From contig NC_083776.1 in the NCBI RefSeq assembly GCF_963514075.1, forward strand, positions 18,758,415 through 18,822,414: a stretch of 64,000 nucleotides of DNA, given 5' to 3'. The stretch comes from Conger conger. Lineage: Eukaryota. Positions 11,489 through 22,100 of the stretch are shown piece by piece. The stretch's first letter is position 1. Each line of letters begins with the position of its first letter. Both the position numbers and the translations under genes were made by a program. The notes below the pieces were generated by a model. That model worked only from the letters and a program-made list of their open reading frames with translations. It was not told the DNA's origin and searched no databases.

Positions 11489-11667
11489 CATCACCGGTTT
11501 GGGGAGGGCGTCGCCCTGGCACACGGCGGTCAGCGGCAGGCCGAAGAGACGCCCCGAGGCGGGCGACGTGGGCGAGGGGGGCGGGCAGTCCAGCTGGGGG
11601 CTGGACCCGCGCCAGAAGGCCCAGTTTATAAGGGAGCGTTTCCTCCGCAGGGGCTTCTGCGCTGGCT
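11489..11667 (-). CDS. arhgap20: arhgap20 exon i (PAQKPLRRKRSLINWAFWRGSSPQLDCPPPSPTSPASGRLFGLPLTAVCQGDALPKPVM).
   Basis: It matches the ARHGAP20 segment ..KRRRSIINWAFWRGSS.HLD..PSSPTSP.PGQLFG..L......LPKPV almost residue for residue. Acceptor ccccctcag| and donor ATG|gtgagtg. The exon is 179 bp and phase is consistent. Confidence 0.85.
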
Positions 11668-12164
11668 CTGAGGGGGAGAGAGAGGGCTTTGACTGGGGGG
11701 GAACACGTCCGGACCCCCCCTGGGTCGCAGACGGGAGACAGACACACTGCTCTGTGTGAGAGTCTGGTCTGCAGAGCGGCGGTTTGTGCGCTAGGGGAGC
11801 AAGCCGGCCTGCTGGCTGTTTTTAGACGCTGTGTCTGTTTGTGTTCAGCTGGCTGGGGGAAGGGGGGGGGGGGTTTGTCCAAAAAGCACACGCCCAACAA
11901 CTCACGCATTCCACTGTGAAAGCACAAAACAAGCCGCGCCTGAAACGCATTCTATATTGTCCGTTCTATAATGTCGTTCTCGTGAAATGTTTAACTACAT
12001 TGTTCTCCCAAGTGTAATCCCTATTAATATTTAATATGTAGTGAGTCACAGGTTAAACAGCTTGGGGGACTGCTGATTTGGTGATTATATGCACATCGAA
12101 CCAGGTGCAGGGCTGGGCAATTATAACAGGGACCATACAGCACACTGGGACTCCATATCCACAC

Positions 12165-12260
12165 AGTGAAATGTTCAGTGTTAATTCAACTCTAACAGAG
12201 TACTTGTCATCCCTAATATACTTATATGTACTCTGTTAGGAGTTGAATTAACACACATTA
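12165..12260. repeat. Small foldback MITE (family F).
   Basis: It contains ..aattcaactctaacagagtacttgtcatccctaatatacttatatgtactctgttaggagttgaatt.. with inverted arms ctaacagagtac and gtactctgttag. The second copy is at 15528-15620. Confidence 0.55.
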
Positions 12261-12867
12261 GACATTTTAATATGCACCTTCATTAACCCATTATGGACTT
12301 AGGTGCCCTATAGAAAACCCACAGAAAGGCCTAGGAATCACAATGCATTCCAACGGTCATGTGTCTTGAAAGACGGTCATATGATCAAATACGACACTGC
12401 CGTCACATCCGTCTGTTAAGGGCGATGTAACACGCAGGTCACATCTGCCCGTAATGGGTTAAACAATGCTTTGATCGCGTGCGGGGTTGTCAGGTCTTCC
12501 TGTTGAAGATGCACAGGAGACTGAAACGCTGGTTAATAAAGTTGTGTATTGGGTTCCAGCGTGTGAGCTCTACTGAATTGTCCCTAACATTACAGGTACA
12601 GCCCATCAACACAGACAAGTTCAGGGGAAACTGAATGATAGATAGGTGAGTTCAGATAACAGTAAACAGCCAGGTGTCCTGTGACCTGTAACACTGATTA
12701 TTAAAAAGCCATGAAGTACAGAGAAATATGCAATGTATAATTATCTTTAAAAATGTAAAAAAAGACTGATCTAATTATGTGACTTATACTAGAAGGAATT
12801 TGAGTCGAGGCTTGTGGTTACATCTGCAATGCCCTGTGGTCCCTGAAAAATATGCAAAAAGATCTCA

Positions 12868-12945
12868 CTCTCTCCCTCTCTCTCTCGCTCTCTCTCTCTC
12901 CCTGTCACTCTCTCTCTCTCTCTCTCTTCCTCTCATCTTACCTTT
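12868..12945. repeat. (CT)n microsatellite.
   Basis: ctctctccctctctctctcgctctctctctctccctgtcactctctctctctctctctc. Confidence 0.9.
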
Positions 12946-13437
12946 TGTCACCCTTAATGTATTGTGGATTGTGAATCATTGAATTTAACTGAATAATGTG
13001 CCAATAAAGGTGTGTCAAAACTAAAATAATGAAACTCTTTGTCTTTCTCCCTCTCAATCTATCACCTCTCTTTTTCTGAATCCCTCTCTCCCTTATCCCT
13101 CTTTGCCCATCTCTTGTCTCTATCTCAAGAAGGTGCTTGCTAGCACTTTGAGATTGATGAGATAAGAAATACTTTATTAAACCCTGTGGTGTCATTTGTG
13201 ATTGTAATTTGTCCTCTGCATTGGACCCATCCTAGCTACTTAGGTGCAGTGGGCAGCCAGAGTGCAGCGCCCGGGGACAAACTCCAGCTCTGAGGCCAGC
13301 GCCATGGGCAAGGGCAACGGCAGGAGCACACCTAACCTGACACGCATGTTCACTCAATGAAAAGCGCATAATAAATGTGATATATTATTATTATTGTTTT
13401 TATCGTGATCTTGTGGGGGTGCAGTGCGGGGCCGTAC

Positions 13438-13611
13438 CCAGTATGGCCTGCTCCAGGGCCACGCGGCTGGGCTTCAGGATGAACTGGCACTGAGAGTCCA
13501 GAGGAGGCTGCTCCAGCAGGTCCCGAGGGCTGAGCGGCTCCTTGGCTCTCCCCGTCTGTGAGGCCTTCCCCCGGATGTGGCTCATTTTGATGCTGAAGGG
13601 GAACTCGTGCC
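13438..13611 (-). CDS. arhgap20: arhgap20 exon h (HEFPFSIKMSHIRGKASQTGRAKEPLSPRDLLEQPPLDSQCQFILKPSRVALEQAIL).
   Basis: It matches ARHGAP20 ..HEYPYGIKMSHLRD...MQCQFILKPSRLAAAQ. Acceptor cccctgaaag| and donor CTGG|gtacgg. The exon is 174 bp and its phase links the exons on either side (G+GG, G+AG). Confidence 0.8.
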
Positions 13612-13815
13612 CTTTCAGGGGTCAGAGGTCAAAGGTCAGTCATGTTTCAGTCACACTCGCCTTAAACAGCCCTTTGTTTTCAATGCAGCGTGCAGAGGTA
13701 GTGGTGCATTATGTTACGAGAGTCATTTCTATTCAAATAAAGATTTCAATTCACAAGAAGCTTAAGCTGCTAATAGGAAAAGGCTTATTTTTATTTCATG
13801 CTAAATGCTATTCAC

Positions 13816-13882
13816 CGATGAGAGGGTAGGGAGGGTCATCCTTTCGGGAGCTCACCCACAGCTGGTAGTCTTTCACACAGCC
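13816..13882 (-). CDS. arhgap20: arhgap20 exon g (GCVKDYQLWVSSRKDDPPYPLIG), the end of the RA-like region.
   Basis: It matches ARHGAP20 ..RDYQLWVNSGKEEAPYPLIG. Acceptor tgtcctgcacag| and donor ATCG|gtgaat. The exon is 67 bp. Confidence 0.8.
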
Positions 13883-13924
13883 CTGTGCAGGACAGACACA
13901 GACAGAAACATTAAACAGTGCCCC

Positions 13925-13931
13925 TGTGCAT

Positions 13932-13972
<41 letters not shown>

Positions 13973-14215
13973 TGTACACAAACACACATACACACACACA
14001 GACACACACACAACACACACGTACACACACATACATACATACACACACAACACACACGCACACACACATACATACATACACACACAACACACACGCACAC
14101 ACACATACATACACACAGACATACACATCCTTGCATGTGCACACACACAAATGTACAGGTGTGTGCGCACATATACACACATACTGTACACACACACGCA
14201 TGTTATATTGCCAAC
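13925..14215. repeat. Compound (CA)n / (CATA)n microsatellite in the arhgap20 intron.
   Basis: cacacacacacacacacacacacacacagacatgtacacaaacacacatacacacacacag... Confidence 0.9.
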
Positions 14216-14471
14216 TCAGCAAGGTGTGCTTGTTATGGTTGACTCAGTGACTGCTAGAAGCGTGAAGATTCCCACTCTGAATTCCCACTCCTTCTCAACT
14301 GGACAAGCAGCAAACACCTTCCAGACTATAGAGTAACACCAGTCCTGGCACCATTGTTCAGATGACTGTATTAGACCAGGCTTTCACAGAGTCTGCTGCT
14401 ACAGTTCAGTAATGAGGACCTGAACAGGGACTGGATCACGGTGTAAATAAGGCACACTGGGGTAAGCTTAC

Positions 14472-14549
14472 CACAACCCCAAACTGCCGCAGTGCAATGG
14501 CGATGACCTCTGTAGTGCAGTCTGATTGGCTGACCGTCAGGGTCTTGGC
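14472..14549 (-). CDS. arhgap20: arhgap20 exon f, Ras-association (RA) domain segment (AKTLTVSQSDCTTEVIAIALRQFGVV).
   Basis: It matches ARHGAP20 SKTITVMNSDTANEVINMSLPMLGI. Acceptor ttttcccccag| and donor GTG|gtaagc. The exon is 78 bp (26 codons). Confidence 0.75.
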
Positions 14550-14564
14550 CTGGGGGAAAACCAT

Positions 14565-14795
14565 ATTACATTACATTATTGGCATTTGGCAGACGCTCTT
14601 ATCCAGAGCGACATACAGTCGATTAGACTAAGCAGGAGACAATCCTCCCCTGGAGCAATGCAGGGTTAAGGGCCTTGCTCAAGGGCCCAACGGCTGTGCG
14701 GATCTTATTATGGCTACATTGGGATTCGAACCACCGACCTTGCGTGTCCCAGTCCTTTACCTTAACCACTATGCTACAGGCTGCCCGTTATGGCA
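14565..14795 (-). mobile_element. SINE family B, the most complete copy, inserted in the arhgap20 intron.
   Basis: It contains ggcagacgctcttatccagagcgacatacag...ggagcaatgcagggttaagggccttgctcaagggcccaac...gggattcgaaccaccgaccttgcgtgtcccagtcctttaccttaaccactatgctacaggctgccc. The tRNA-like head lies at the right end on the reverse strand. Confidence 0.75.
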
Positions 14796-14835
14796 AAAAA
14801 ACACTTAAATAATCTGTGTGGGAGTAACAGTGTTT

Positions 14836-15165
14836 GGTTATTATGGTATATACAGATGTACGTGCATGTTGTTATAGTCACTGACACTATTGTAGTGGGG
14901 TTGGAGCAGAGTTACCGTTGATGGATGACCACATAACGTTGGACACCTCTGAATTCCTACCTCAGGGTTTTAAATCTGTATAACAGTCACTTTCACGGAA
15001 AGCCCCTATTGTGTTTGGTTATCAAATGCAGATGTAAGAGCATGTTGCTATTGTGATTAACTCTACTCTAGTGAGTGTAGGTAGTTAAGATAGCATTGAT
15101 GGATTACAGCATAACGTTACACACCACTGCATTTAAACCTCAGCTCTCAAAGTAAAGTAGACGTA
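14836..15165. repeat. Local tandem duplication of a roughly 165-170-bp unit, 2 copies at about 75% identity.
   Basis: The first unit is ..ggttattatggtatatacagatgtacgtgcatgttgttatagtcactgacactattgtagtgg..gttaccgttgatggatgaccacataacgttggacacctctgaattcctacctcag.. and the second is ..ggttatcaaatgcagatgtaagagcatgttgctattgtgattaactctactctagtgag..cattgatggattacagcataacgttacacaccactgcatttaaacctcag.. Confidence 0.6.
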
Positions 15166-15527
15166 CTCATGTTCATAAGATTCTCATGTACGGTATGTTC
15201 AACCAGAGCGATGTTGCCATGATACCTGGCTTATACGGTCAATATTTATAATAAATGAGAATATTGGAATATATAACCGAAACATTTCATTCTGATCACC
15301 AGCTGTGGCTATCAAGTACACACACCCATCAACTAAAATAAGTTTTACAAGGGGTCCAGTCTAATCCAGATCAGGGTCCAGTCCACCAACTAGATGTATG
15401 CCTAGTCTGATATATAATTAAATATAGCTGAAATCATGTGAAATATTTACAAACTCACATACCTTATGTTATACCCAGGCATAAAACCTCCTTACCTACT
15501 CTTTTATTAGGAGCAAAGAAGTACTTT

Positions 15528-15620
15528 TCAACAGTGTTAAATCAAGTCTAACAGAGTACATACAGTATGGCTCCTTTTGAACTCATATGTACTCTGTTAG
15601 AGTCGAATGAACACTGGAAA
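15528..15620. repeat. Small foldback MITE (family F) copy.
   Basis: It contains ..caagtctaacagagtacatacagtatggctccttttgaactcatatgtactctgttagagtcgaatg. Confidence 0.55.
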
Positions 15621-16631
15621 TTTTAGTGCATGGGGGCATAAACATGGGCACACAAATTACACTTCATCAGTTCACAAGTCAGTTTTTAAAAATCTCCCTG
15701 AGGGTATATAAACGCATACCTGTGTCTGCTGAAAGCCCAGTGAGGCAGCTGGCTAGCTCATGTAAGAGAAAATCTGGGGCCTGTACAGCCTGTAGGGATT
15801 ATGAGCGCTTTACTTTGGGTTCACACACAGCTGGTGAAGAGAGTGATAGGGCGGTGCCTTTATTTAATTACATTGCAAAAGTACCTGTGTTTTACAAAAA
15901 TGACAAAATTACAAAAATCTCATAAATAAAAACAAAATCTATGTTCTGGAGATTTTTAAAAAGAGAATAATTCCATGTGGGGATTAACTTCTGAACTGAT
16001 ACTACTGATAGTGATACTACAACAGGGCTCTGCAGAGACTTTTTCAGGGGCAGGTGCTCCAAGTGAATCCCGAAAAACCAATGCAGTCTAGAAAAACTGT
16101 TTTACGAAAGCTAGTTATTGTACACAATATATTTAACCAAAATGAATGAACAAAAATTAATGTCTGCCACAATAATAATGCACTTAAAAAAAAAAATCAA
16201 ATCAAAGGGGCAAATCTAACACTTGAAGGCAAAAGGGGTAGGTACTGTACTGCATCCAGAGCGCCCCAACACCTCCCACCCCCCTATATGTGCCTGCTGT
16301 TCACACATTGACCTAGAATGTTCTCTATCACACAGGCATAAGGGTGTTGCTATGGGGGGCAGATTGCGTTTGGATGGTCCAGTCTGTCCTCCGATGACAA
16401 GGCCAAGGACAGTAGTGTGAAGGGACAGATTAAGCTACTGGGACATCCTGCCCTCGAACCAGGCCCTGGGATAATCACAGACAGGTCTGGATATTGCTTT
16501 GCTGCAGTGTGAGAGAGCTAGAACACACACCCGATACATACACATGACACGATACATACAGTACACGCATGTGCACACCTACACACTGAAATAGAAACAG
16601 AGACGCCGAAAAGAAGTTTAAAAATACCTAC

Positions 16632-16716
16632 ACATGCACAGTTCCCAACGTCCTTCGCGAATATTCTGAGAGCGATCGTTTTGGGTTCTTCTTTTTCTCG
16701 CTCTTCTTTTATTCGG
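16632..16716 (-). CDS. arhgap20: arhgap20 exon e, start of the RA domain (RIKEEREKEEPKTIALRIFAKDVGNCAC).
   Basis: It matches ARHGAP20 ..INLEKEKDYPKSIPLKIFAKDIGNCAY. Acceptor tgttttccag| and donor TGT|gtaggt. The exon is 85 bp. Confidence 0.8.
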
Positions 16717-17162
16717 CTGGAAAACAAACATTAAAAAATCAGTGCCAGGAAAATCAGAGAACAAACATGATGAAATATATAAGCAAAAAGATGTACAAAA
16801 TAAACAATACACAGTATATTTCATTTCTAGACACAACACCAATCTTAGAGTCTTGTGAGTTCAAAAAACTACTGTAAGAAATTATGGTTCTGATGGAAAA
16901 AAAACTAAAGCTTGTATTTGTGAGTTCCAATAATATAACATGCTGAATCAGTCCAGCGATTAGATATTGTACAGATGACACACACAACCACTATAACAAT
17001 TTACTTTCTGAGTAATGAATTGGGGCACATCATAAGCGTGATTCTAAAATGGGTCAAATAAGAATATAAGATTTGTTGATATTAATGACTCAGTTGAGAA
17101 CAAAGGGTCATGAGAGTAGGGTGATGCGGCCAGAGGCTGTATGAGATCACACAGAAATAAGA

Positions 17163-17215
17163 GAAATCGTGATGATGATGATGATGATGATGACGATGAA
17201 GATGATGATGATGAA
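17163..17215. repeat. (GAT)n microsatellite.
   Basis: gatgatgatgatgatgatgatgacgatgaagatgatgatgatg. Confidence 0.9.
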
Positions 17216-17311
17216 GCAGTGCAGAAGTGTGAAAGTACATCCTAAACACCTGAGTAGAAACCTTACTGAGAGTGCCTTTGAGCTGCTTATGTTATATTCG
17301 CAGTTGATTAC

Positions 17312-17353
17312 CTTTTTATGAAGGAGAGCCACCTCTCTTTCTGTTCCACCGAA
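17312..17353 (-). CDS. arhgap20: arhgap20 exon d, a 42-bp exon (SVEQKERWLSFIK).
   Basis: It matches ARHGAP20 SSPEQKDKWLSLLQRY. Acceptor ttctctcag| and donor AAAAG|gtaatc. Phase joins exon c (AG+T) to exon e (AG+C). Confidence 0.65.
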
Positions 17354-17583
17354 CTGAGAGAAGGAAAATATATATTTAGGAAAATAAACACTGGCAGTTT
17401 CTCTTGCCGGCTTACATAAGTTGTAAAAGAGTGATCCTTCGACTTAAATTATCGAGGAATGACAATCAGTCTTGAGTCTCAAAACTGCAGATACACAAGA
17501 CTGGAAAAGGCAAGACAAGGCACAGAACAGAAGTGATATTTTACCGTTGAATTATTTTATATCATGGACATCATAGTGAAGGT

Positions 17584-18153
17584 GTGCCCAGGTCTATTAT
17601 AGTACAGTTGGGCCCAAGTGTTATACAGTGCAGGTGTTCACAGGTCCTATACAGTACAGGTGTTCACAGGTGTTATACAGTGCAGGTGTTCACAGGTCCT
17701 ATACAGTGCTGGTGTACACAGGTGTTCTACAGTGCAGGTGTTCACAGGTGTTGTGCAGTGCAGGTGTTTCCAGGTGTTATACAGTGCAGATGTTTCCAGG
17801 TCCTATACAGTGCAGGTGTTCACAGGTGTTGTGCAGTGCAGGTGTTCACAGGTGTTATACAGTGCAGGTGTTTCCAGGTGTTATACAGTGCAGATGTTTC
17901 CAGGTCCTATACAGTGCAGGTGTTCACAGGTGCTGTGCTGTGCAGTGCAGGTGTTCACAGGTGTTATACTGTGCAGGTGTTCACAGGTGTTATACAGTGC
18001 AGGTGTTTCCAGGTGTTATACAGTGCAGGTGTTCACAGATGTTGTGCAGTGCAGGTGTTTCCAGGTGTTATACAGTGCAGGTGTTCACAGGTGTTATACA
18101 GTGCAGGTGTTCACAGGTGTTGTGCAGTGCAGGTGTTTGCACGGCCTACCTGA
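17584..18153. repeat. Minisatellite of about 22 copies of a 26-bp unit (caggtgttcacaggtgttatacagtg) with a 13-bp sub-period.
   Basis: Visible periodicity with variants such as caggtgtttccaggtcctatacagtg. It explains the six-frame ORFs at 17584..18153, 17618..18571 and 17628..18347. It abuts the arhgap20 exon c donor at 18150. Confidence 0.9.
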
Positions 18154-18299
18154 AGGTTGCCACGCAGTTGCAGGTGGGCCAGCCCATGACGAAGCTCCTC
18201 TCTGGGTGCATGCTGCCCTCACACACCTCCTCCACACAGCTGGCCGTCCACACCTCACACACACGCACCTGGGCCTTCAGCTTGAAGTGCGTGGAGGAC
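18150..18299 (-). CDS. arhgap20: arhgap20 exon c, second half of the PH domain (SSTHFKLKAQVRVCEVWTASCVEEVCEGSMHPERSFVMGWPTCNCVATF).
   Basis: It matches ARHGAP20 ..KIKLTDMWTASCVDEVGEG.TNAMKSFVLGWPTVNFVATF. Acceptor cacgttcag| and donor TTCAG|gtaggc. The exon is 150 bp. The donor lies 3 bp from the 17584-18153 minisatellite. Confidence 0.8.
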
Positions 18300-18749
18300 C
18301 TGAACGTGACAGGGGACCGTTACACACCCTCAGAGCACTCCAAGTAGAAAAACACTTGCCTTTTTTGGGGGGTTATAGGGGAGTTGAAATGTATAAGGAA
18401 ACCCCTGCACACTACTCTTTAATGCTCCTCTTTATTGAGCTACATATACACAATGGTTTGGACTTCATCAGCTCTCAATCTGTCACAATGTCACACCATG
18501 TGAAATTTAACCCAGTAACATCTCTTTTTTTCCCCATAGACACAAGTGGACGGAACAAACAGCATTACTGAGCCCAACATTCATAATAACAGGGATCGAC
18601 CAGTTGACCCCAGAACCTTGTGAACAATAAAAAAATCACTGCAAAAAAAGGCTGCCTTATAAAGTCTTATAAAGACTTAAAATCTTATTTCTTCAAGAGT
18701 GCATTCGCACATGTCTCTCTCTGTCTCTCGCTCTCTGTGACAGACGTAC

Positions 18750-18920
18750 TTGGCTTTGGCGATGAGGAGGATATCGTCAAAGAGGAAGAGGCAGCGCTCC
18801 TGCGTCTGCAGGCCAGTCTTCAGCTGGGCATGGCCGTGTGTGACGAACGTCCGAGACGGGGTCAGAAACGACTGGACCAGGGGACACGACTCCGGGCTGA
18901 CGGGCGACAGGCAGTTCTCC
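18750..18920 (-). CDS. arhgap20: arhgap20 exon b, first half of the PH domain (ENCLSPVSPESCPLVQSFLTPSRTFVTHGHAQLKTGLQTQERCLFLFDDILLIAKAK).
   Basis: It matches ARHGAP20 ..DSPSASVDTCTFLSSLVCSNRTLLIDGRAELKRGLQRQERHLFLFNDLFVVAKIK. Acceptor tttttcag| and donor CCAA|gtacgtc. The exon is 171 bp. Confidence 0.8.
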
Positions 18921-19074
18921 CTGAAAAACAAACACCCCTTAACATCACCAATCAGGGTCATCCTCAAAATCTGGATCTCTTACGCAACAGATGAGAGAAT
19001 GTACCTGGGGCTTACGCAGATTAAAACAGAGGACAGTATTACATTCTGAAAATAAAAGCCTTGCGTGTAGGTAC

Positions 19075-19128
19075 TGTTTTAATGCCATCACCTCTAAATC
19101 AAACGCAAGTCCTCCCTTAATGAGGGAA
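19075..19128 (-). CDS. arhgap20: Candidate upstream arhgap20 coding exon (..SSLIKGGLAFDLEVMALKQ). It contains an in-frame ATG at 19086-19088, which may be an alternative start.
   Basis: Donor CA|gtacct gives CA+G (Gln) in phase with exon b. Acceptor cctgattcag| at 19129-19131. It is only weakly similar to human ..SAPSLILDKALQK, and an in-frame stop lies just 5' of the acceptor. The ATG has Kozak context gtgATGG. Confidence 0.35.
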
Positions 19129-20384
19129 CTGAATCAGGTAATTTACAGGCACGCAGGGACTAAACCACCATTGTAGCGTACTGACAGATCTGCTTTAACA
19201 AGGTTACTCGTATCCGAGGACTTAGCATGTTAAATCCCTGTGTATATTTAGACTGATTATCCTTGATATTCAGAAGCTCTGATCAACATTGTGAGGCTCA
19301 GCTGGTTCTGGTACTGGTTCAAGTGCAGTAGTAGAGTCATTTAAAATGTTTAAGTGCTTAATATACTTATGCACCTGCAACACAGCGCAACGCAGGGTTA
19401 GCGTGGTAGCTATCAGCGGGGCAGGAGACATCCAATCAGAACCAAAAACAACACTGCTTATACCACATCAATCATTATCCCTGTGTGACATTATGCAACG
19501 ATGATCAAGGCAAGATCAATTAAGCACAGAAAAGTATTTGACAGATATACAACTATTATACAGTTATATGGAAAAGCATGGTGCCCCGAATTAAGTTATT
19601 GCAAGATTATGACATGATGTATAATATGAGGTTAGAGCATATAGTCAGGCTATCACATGAGGTTATAGCATACAGTTATGATATTATGTGTCGTTGTTTG
19701 TTAAAGAGCTTGTAGGCAATGCTCCATCTGCTCTACACATTTCAGGGAAGATGTCATCTCAGAAATGGGTCATTCGGGAAGAAAAATGTGTCCCTCCAGA
19801 CACAAACCAATTTTCAGAAAAAACAGCTCATAAGATAACTCCACAAACTGAACCAACATCTGTCAGCCGCAACGGTTTTCCCTGCAATCAAAGGGCTCTT
19901 CTGGAAGGTTCTGAATGACTTCATGGGAAGTCAAAGAGACCCTTCATCAGCTTAACAGCCATAATACATCCTGAATACCCCTCCGACAAGGTTGAAAAGG
20001 CAAACCAAGGGTATATATGGCTTCAGGAACAGGAGACCTCAATCTCAGCTATGGGTGGACTGCAGGGGGAAAAAAGGGCATTTTTCTGAAGAAGGAAGGA
20101 AATAATTTGAGGGCACTGTCCCTTCCTGTTTATGGACTGCACCATGACACGTCCCCACACACACGCTTCCAAGCGATAAAGGTCTAATCCCTGGGAGAAT
20201 TCCTTTTAAAACCACTGTTGATCAGAGAAACTGGTCCACAGTTAACCAGCAGAATCTGCACAAATTATAAAACTTGACCATTTTATTATGTATACTGTAC
20301 ACTAACTAATTAATCACTTGTTTTTTGGGGTTCATAATCACGACGAAACTACACCGCCTCACTAAATTATCCCACAAGCACACA

Positions 20385-20745
20385 CTGACACTCGCACCCA
20401 CACATGCTCACACACACAAACACACACACATATACAGCTCATACACACAAACACACACACATATACAGCGCATACACACAAACACACACATATACAGCGC
20501 ATACACACAAACACACACACATATACAGTGCATACACACAAACTCACGCACATATACAGCGCATACACACAAACACACACACATATACAGTGCATACACA
20601 CAGGAGCACGCACACACATACATACATTCATACATTCGCATACACACAAACACACACACATATATAGCGCATACACACAGGAGCACGCACACACATACAT
20701 ACATTTATACATACACACAAACACACACACCCCTTCATACAGTAG
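20385..20745. repeat. Compound CA-rich minisatellite (unit about 30 bp: acacacaaacacacacacatatacagcgcat).
   Basis: About 10 tandem units. The ORFs at 20325..20810, 20362..20730, 20404..20667, 20408..20704, 20528..20962 and 20628..20885 are translation artefacts of it. Confidence 0.9.
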
Positions 20746-21477
20746 GAATCTGGCGCCACATCTACGGCATGCCTGTAAACAACAGGAAGGAAGGCTCTCG
20801 CTTGAGATGAAAAATATATTCGAGACGTTGCATGAATGCGATTATCGGAGAGCAAGAAGGGCCAAGAATCACATTGGGAAACCACATCGCCACTGCAAGG
20901 CCTTCTACATTCACCTCCACACTGAAACGGATCACTTCACATTCAGAGACGGAGGAAAGTAGGTTTCTGTGTCAATACTCCCGCAATTGGAGCCAGATGA
21001 GTTTTGTGGAGCACTGCATTATTTCCTTTGTAAGGGTGTATTTACTGATTACTGCCCAGCAAGTGGAACGTCCATGCGGGCTCGAGTTTCATTGTTCCAA
21101 GCAGAGGAATTGTATTTATTTTACAATTTAGTTTTTATTTGTGCTGACTCAAAGCGGTTTCTAGTAGCGTGGGCTAGCGCTGTTAGATTCCTGGTCTGAA
21201 GGAATTTCCAGTCTCTGTGCCTTTGTGCATGAATTGTAATGTGGCATAAATATTCTGCCTTTATTACTTGCACATTTATACAACTGACATTTATTTGATA
21301 TTTAGACCATGTTTGCGAGATTTCATTGTTCTACTGTGGTTTCTATTCACTAACAGCACCACAGCAACACGAGGGCTTTCTTCAGTGAGGGTAGTGTGTG
21401 CTGTGGATTATCCAAGATAGTCTGACACACTTCTGGAGGCTGAAATGGCTCATCTTAATGTAAAGTACTTTCAGATC

Positions 21478-21830
21478 ATAAAACATATAAAATGTACAGT
21501 ACTGTGCAGAAGTCTAACGCACCCTAGACTTTATTATATATATGTTTTTTTGTGTGCTAGTATAAAAGAACACATTTGAGATTTCCAAATTTTCATTGTC
21601 CAAAAGATGTAATTTTACAGAGACATTTTTGTATTTAATAAAAGTAACATTTTACTGTAAGCAATTTACTACTTTTTACATAAAAACTTGATCAAGGCTG
21701 TCTGAGATCAGAAGCATGGAGCCAACCAAAGTCTGCAGAAGAACTGTGGCAAGTTCTCCAACATGCTTGGAACAACCTCCCTGCTGATTGTCTTGGCCAA
21801 CGCTGTCCCGCAGTTCTATATCTCAGAGAA
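21478..21830 (+). mobile_element. Degenerate Tc1-like transposon fragment with the TIR start TACAGTACTGTGCAGAAGTCT and part of the internal 3' region.
   Basis: It shares TIR and internal sequence (ggctgtctgagatcagaagc...caagttctccaacatgcttgg) with the copies at 25567-25935 and 54845-54975. Confidence 0.6.
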
Positions 21831-21844
21831 GTGATGCAGTTTTA

Positions 21845-22100
21845 ACACTGAATATTTATTTAAACTGCATTTATATCGTGCCTTTATCCAAGGTGCTTTA
21901 CAATGAATGTCTCTAATTCACCCATCCACACATACTCACATGCCATTAGCGAAAGGCTGCAATCAGCTTGTTGGGAGCAATTTTGGGTTAGGTGTCTTGT
22001 TCAGGGACACTTCGACACACCCAGGGTAGGGGAACAAACTGGCAACCCTGACTGCCAGCCGACTGCTCTTAACGCCTGAGCTAATGTCACCCCCTGTTGT
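21845..22100 (+). mobile_element. SINE family A copy.
   Basis: Its core ..gcaatcagcttgttgggagcaattttgggttaggtgtcttgttcagggacacttcgacacaccc..gcctgagctaatgtcaccccc is shared with the other family-A copies. Confidence 0.7.

Noticed and set aside
4489-13611. Initial identification of the RhoGAP gene as TAGAP.
   Set aside because: The GAP-domain and C-terminal motifs fit the TAGAP/ARHGAP20 family. However, upstream exons encode a PH domain (ERCLFLFDDILLIAKAK..WTASCVEEV..SFVMGWPT) and an RA domain (IALRIFAKDVGNCAC..AKTLTV..DYQLWV), which TAGAP lacks. The near-identical QLNDSSYDSLENELNED matches ARHGAP20, so I call it arhgap20.
17584-18571. Three overlapping plus-strand ORFs of 189-317 aa.
   Set aside because: They are periodic (...VFTGVIQCRCSQVLYSAGVHRC... 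x n) translations of the 26-bp minisatellite. The true coding sequence here is on the minus strand (arhgap20 exon c).
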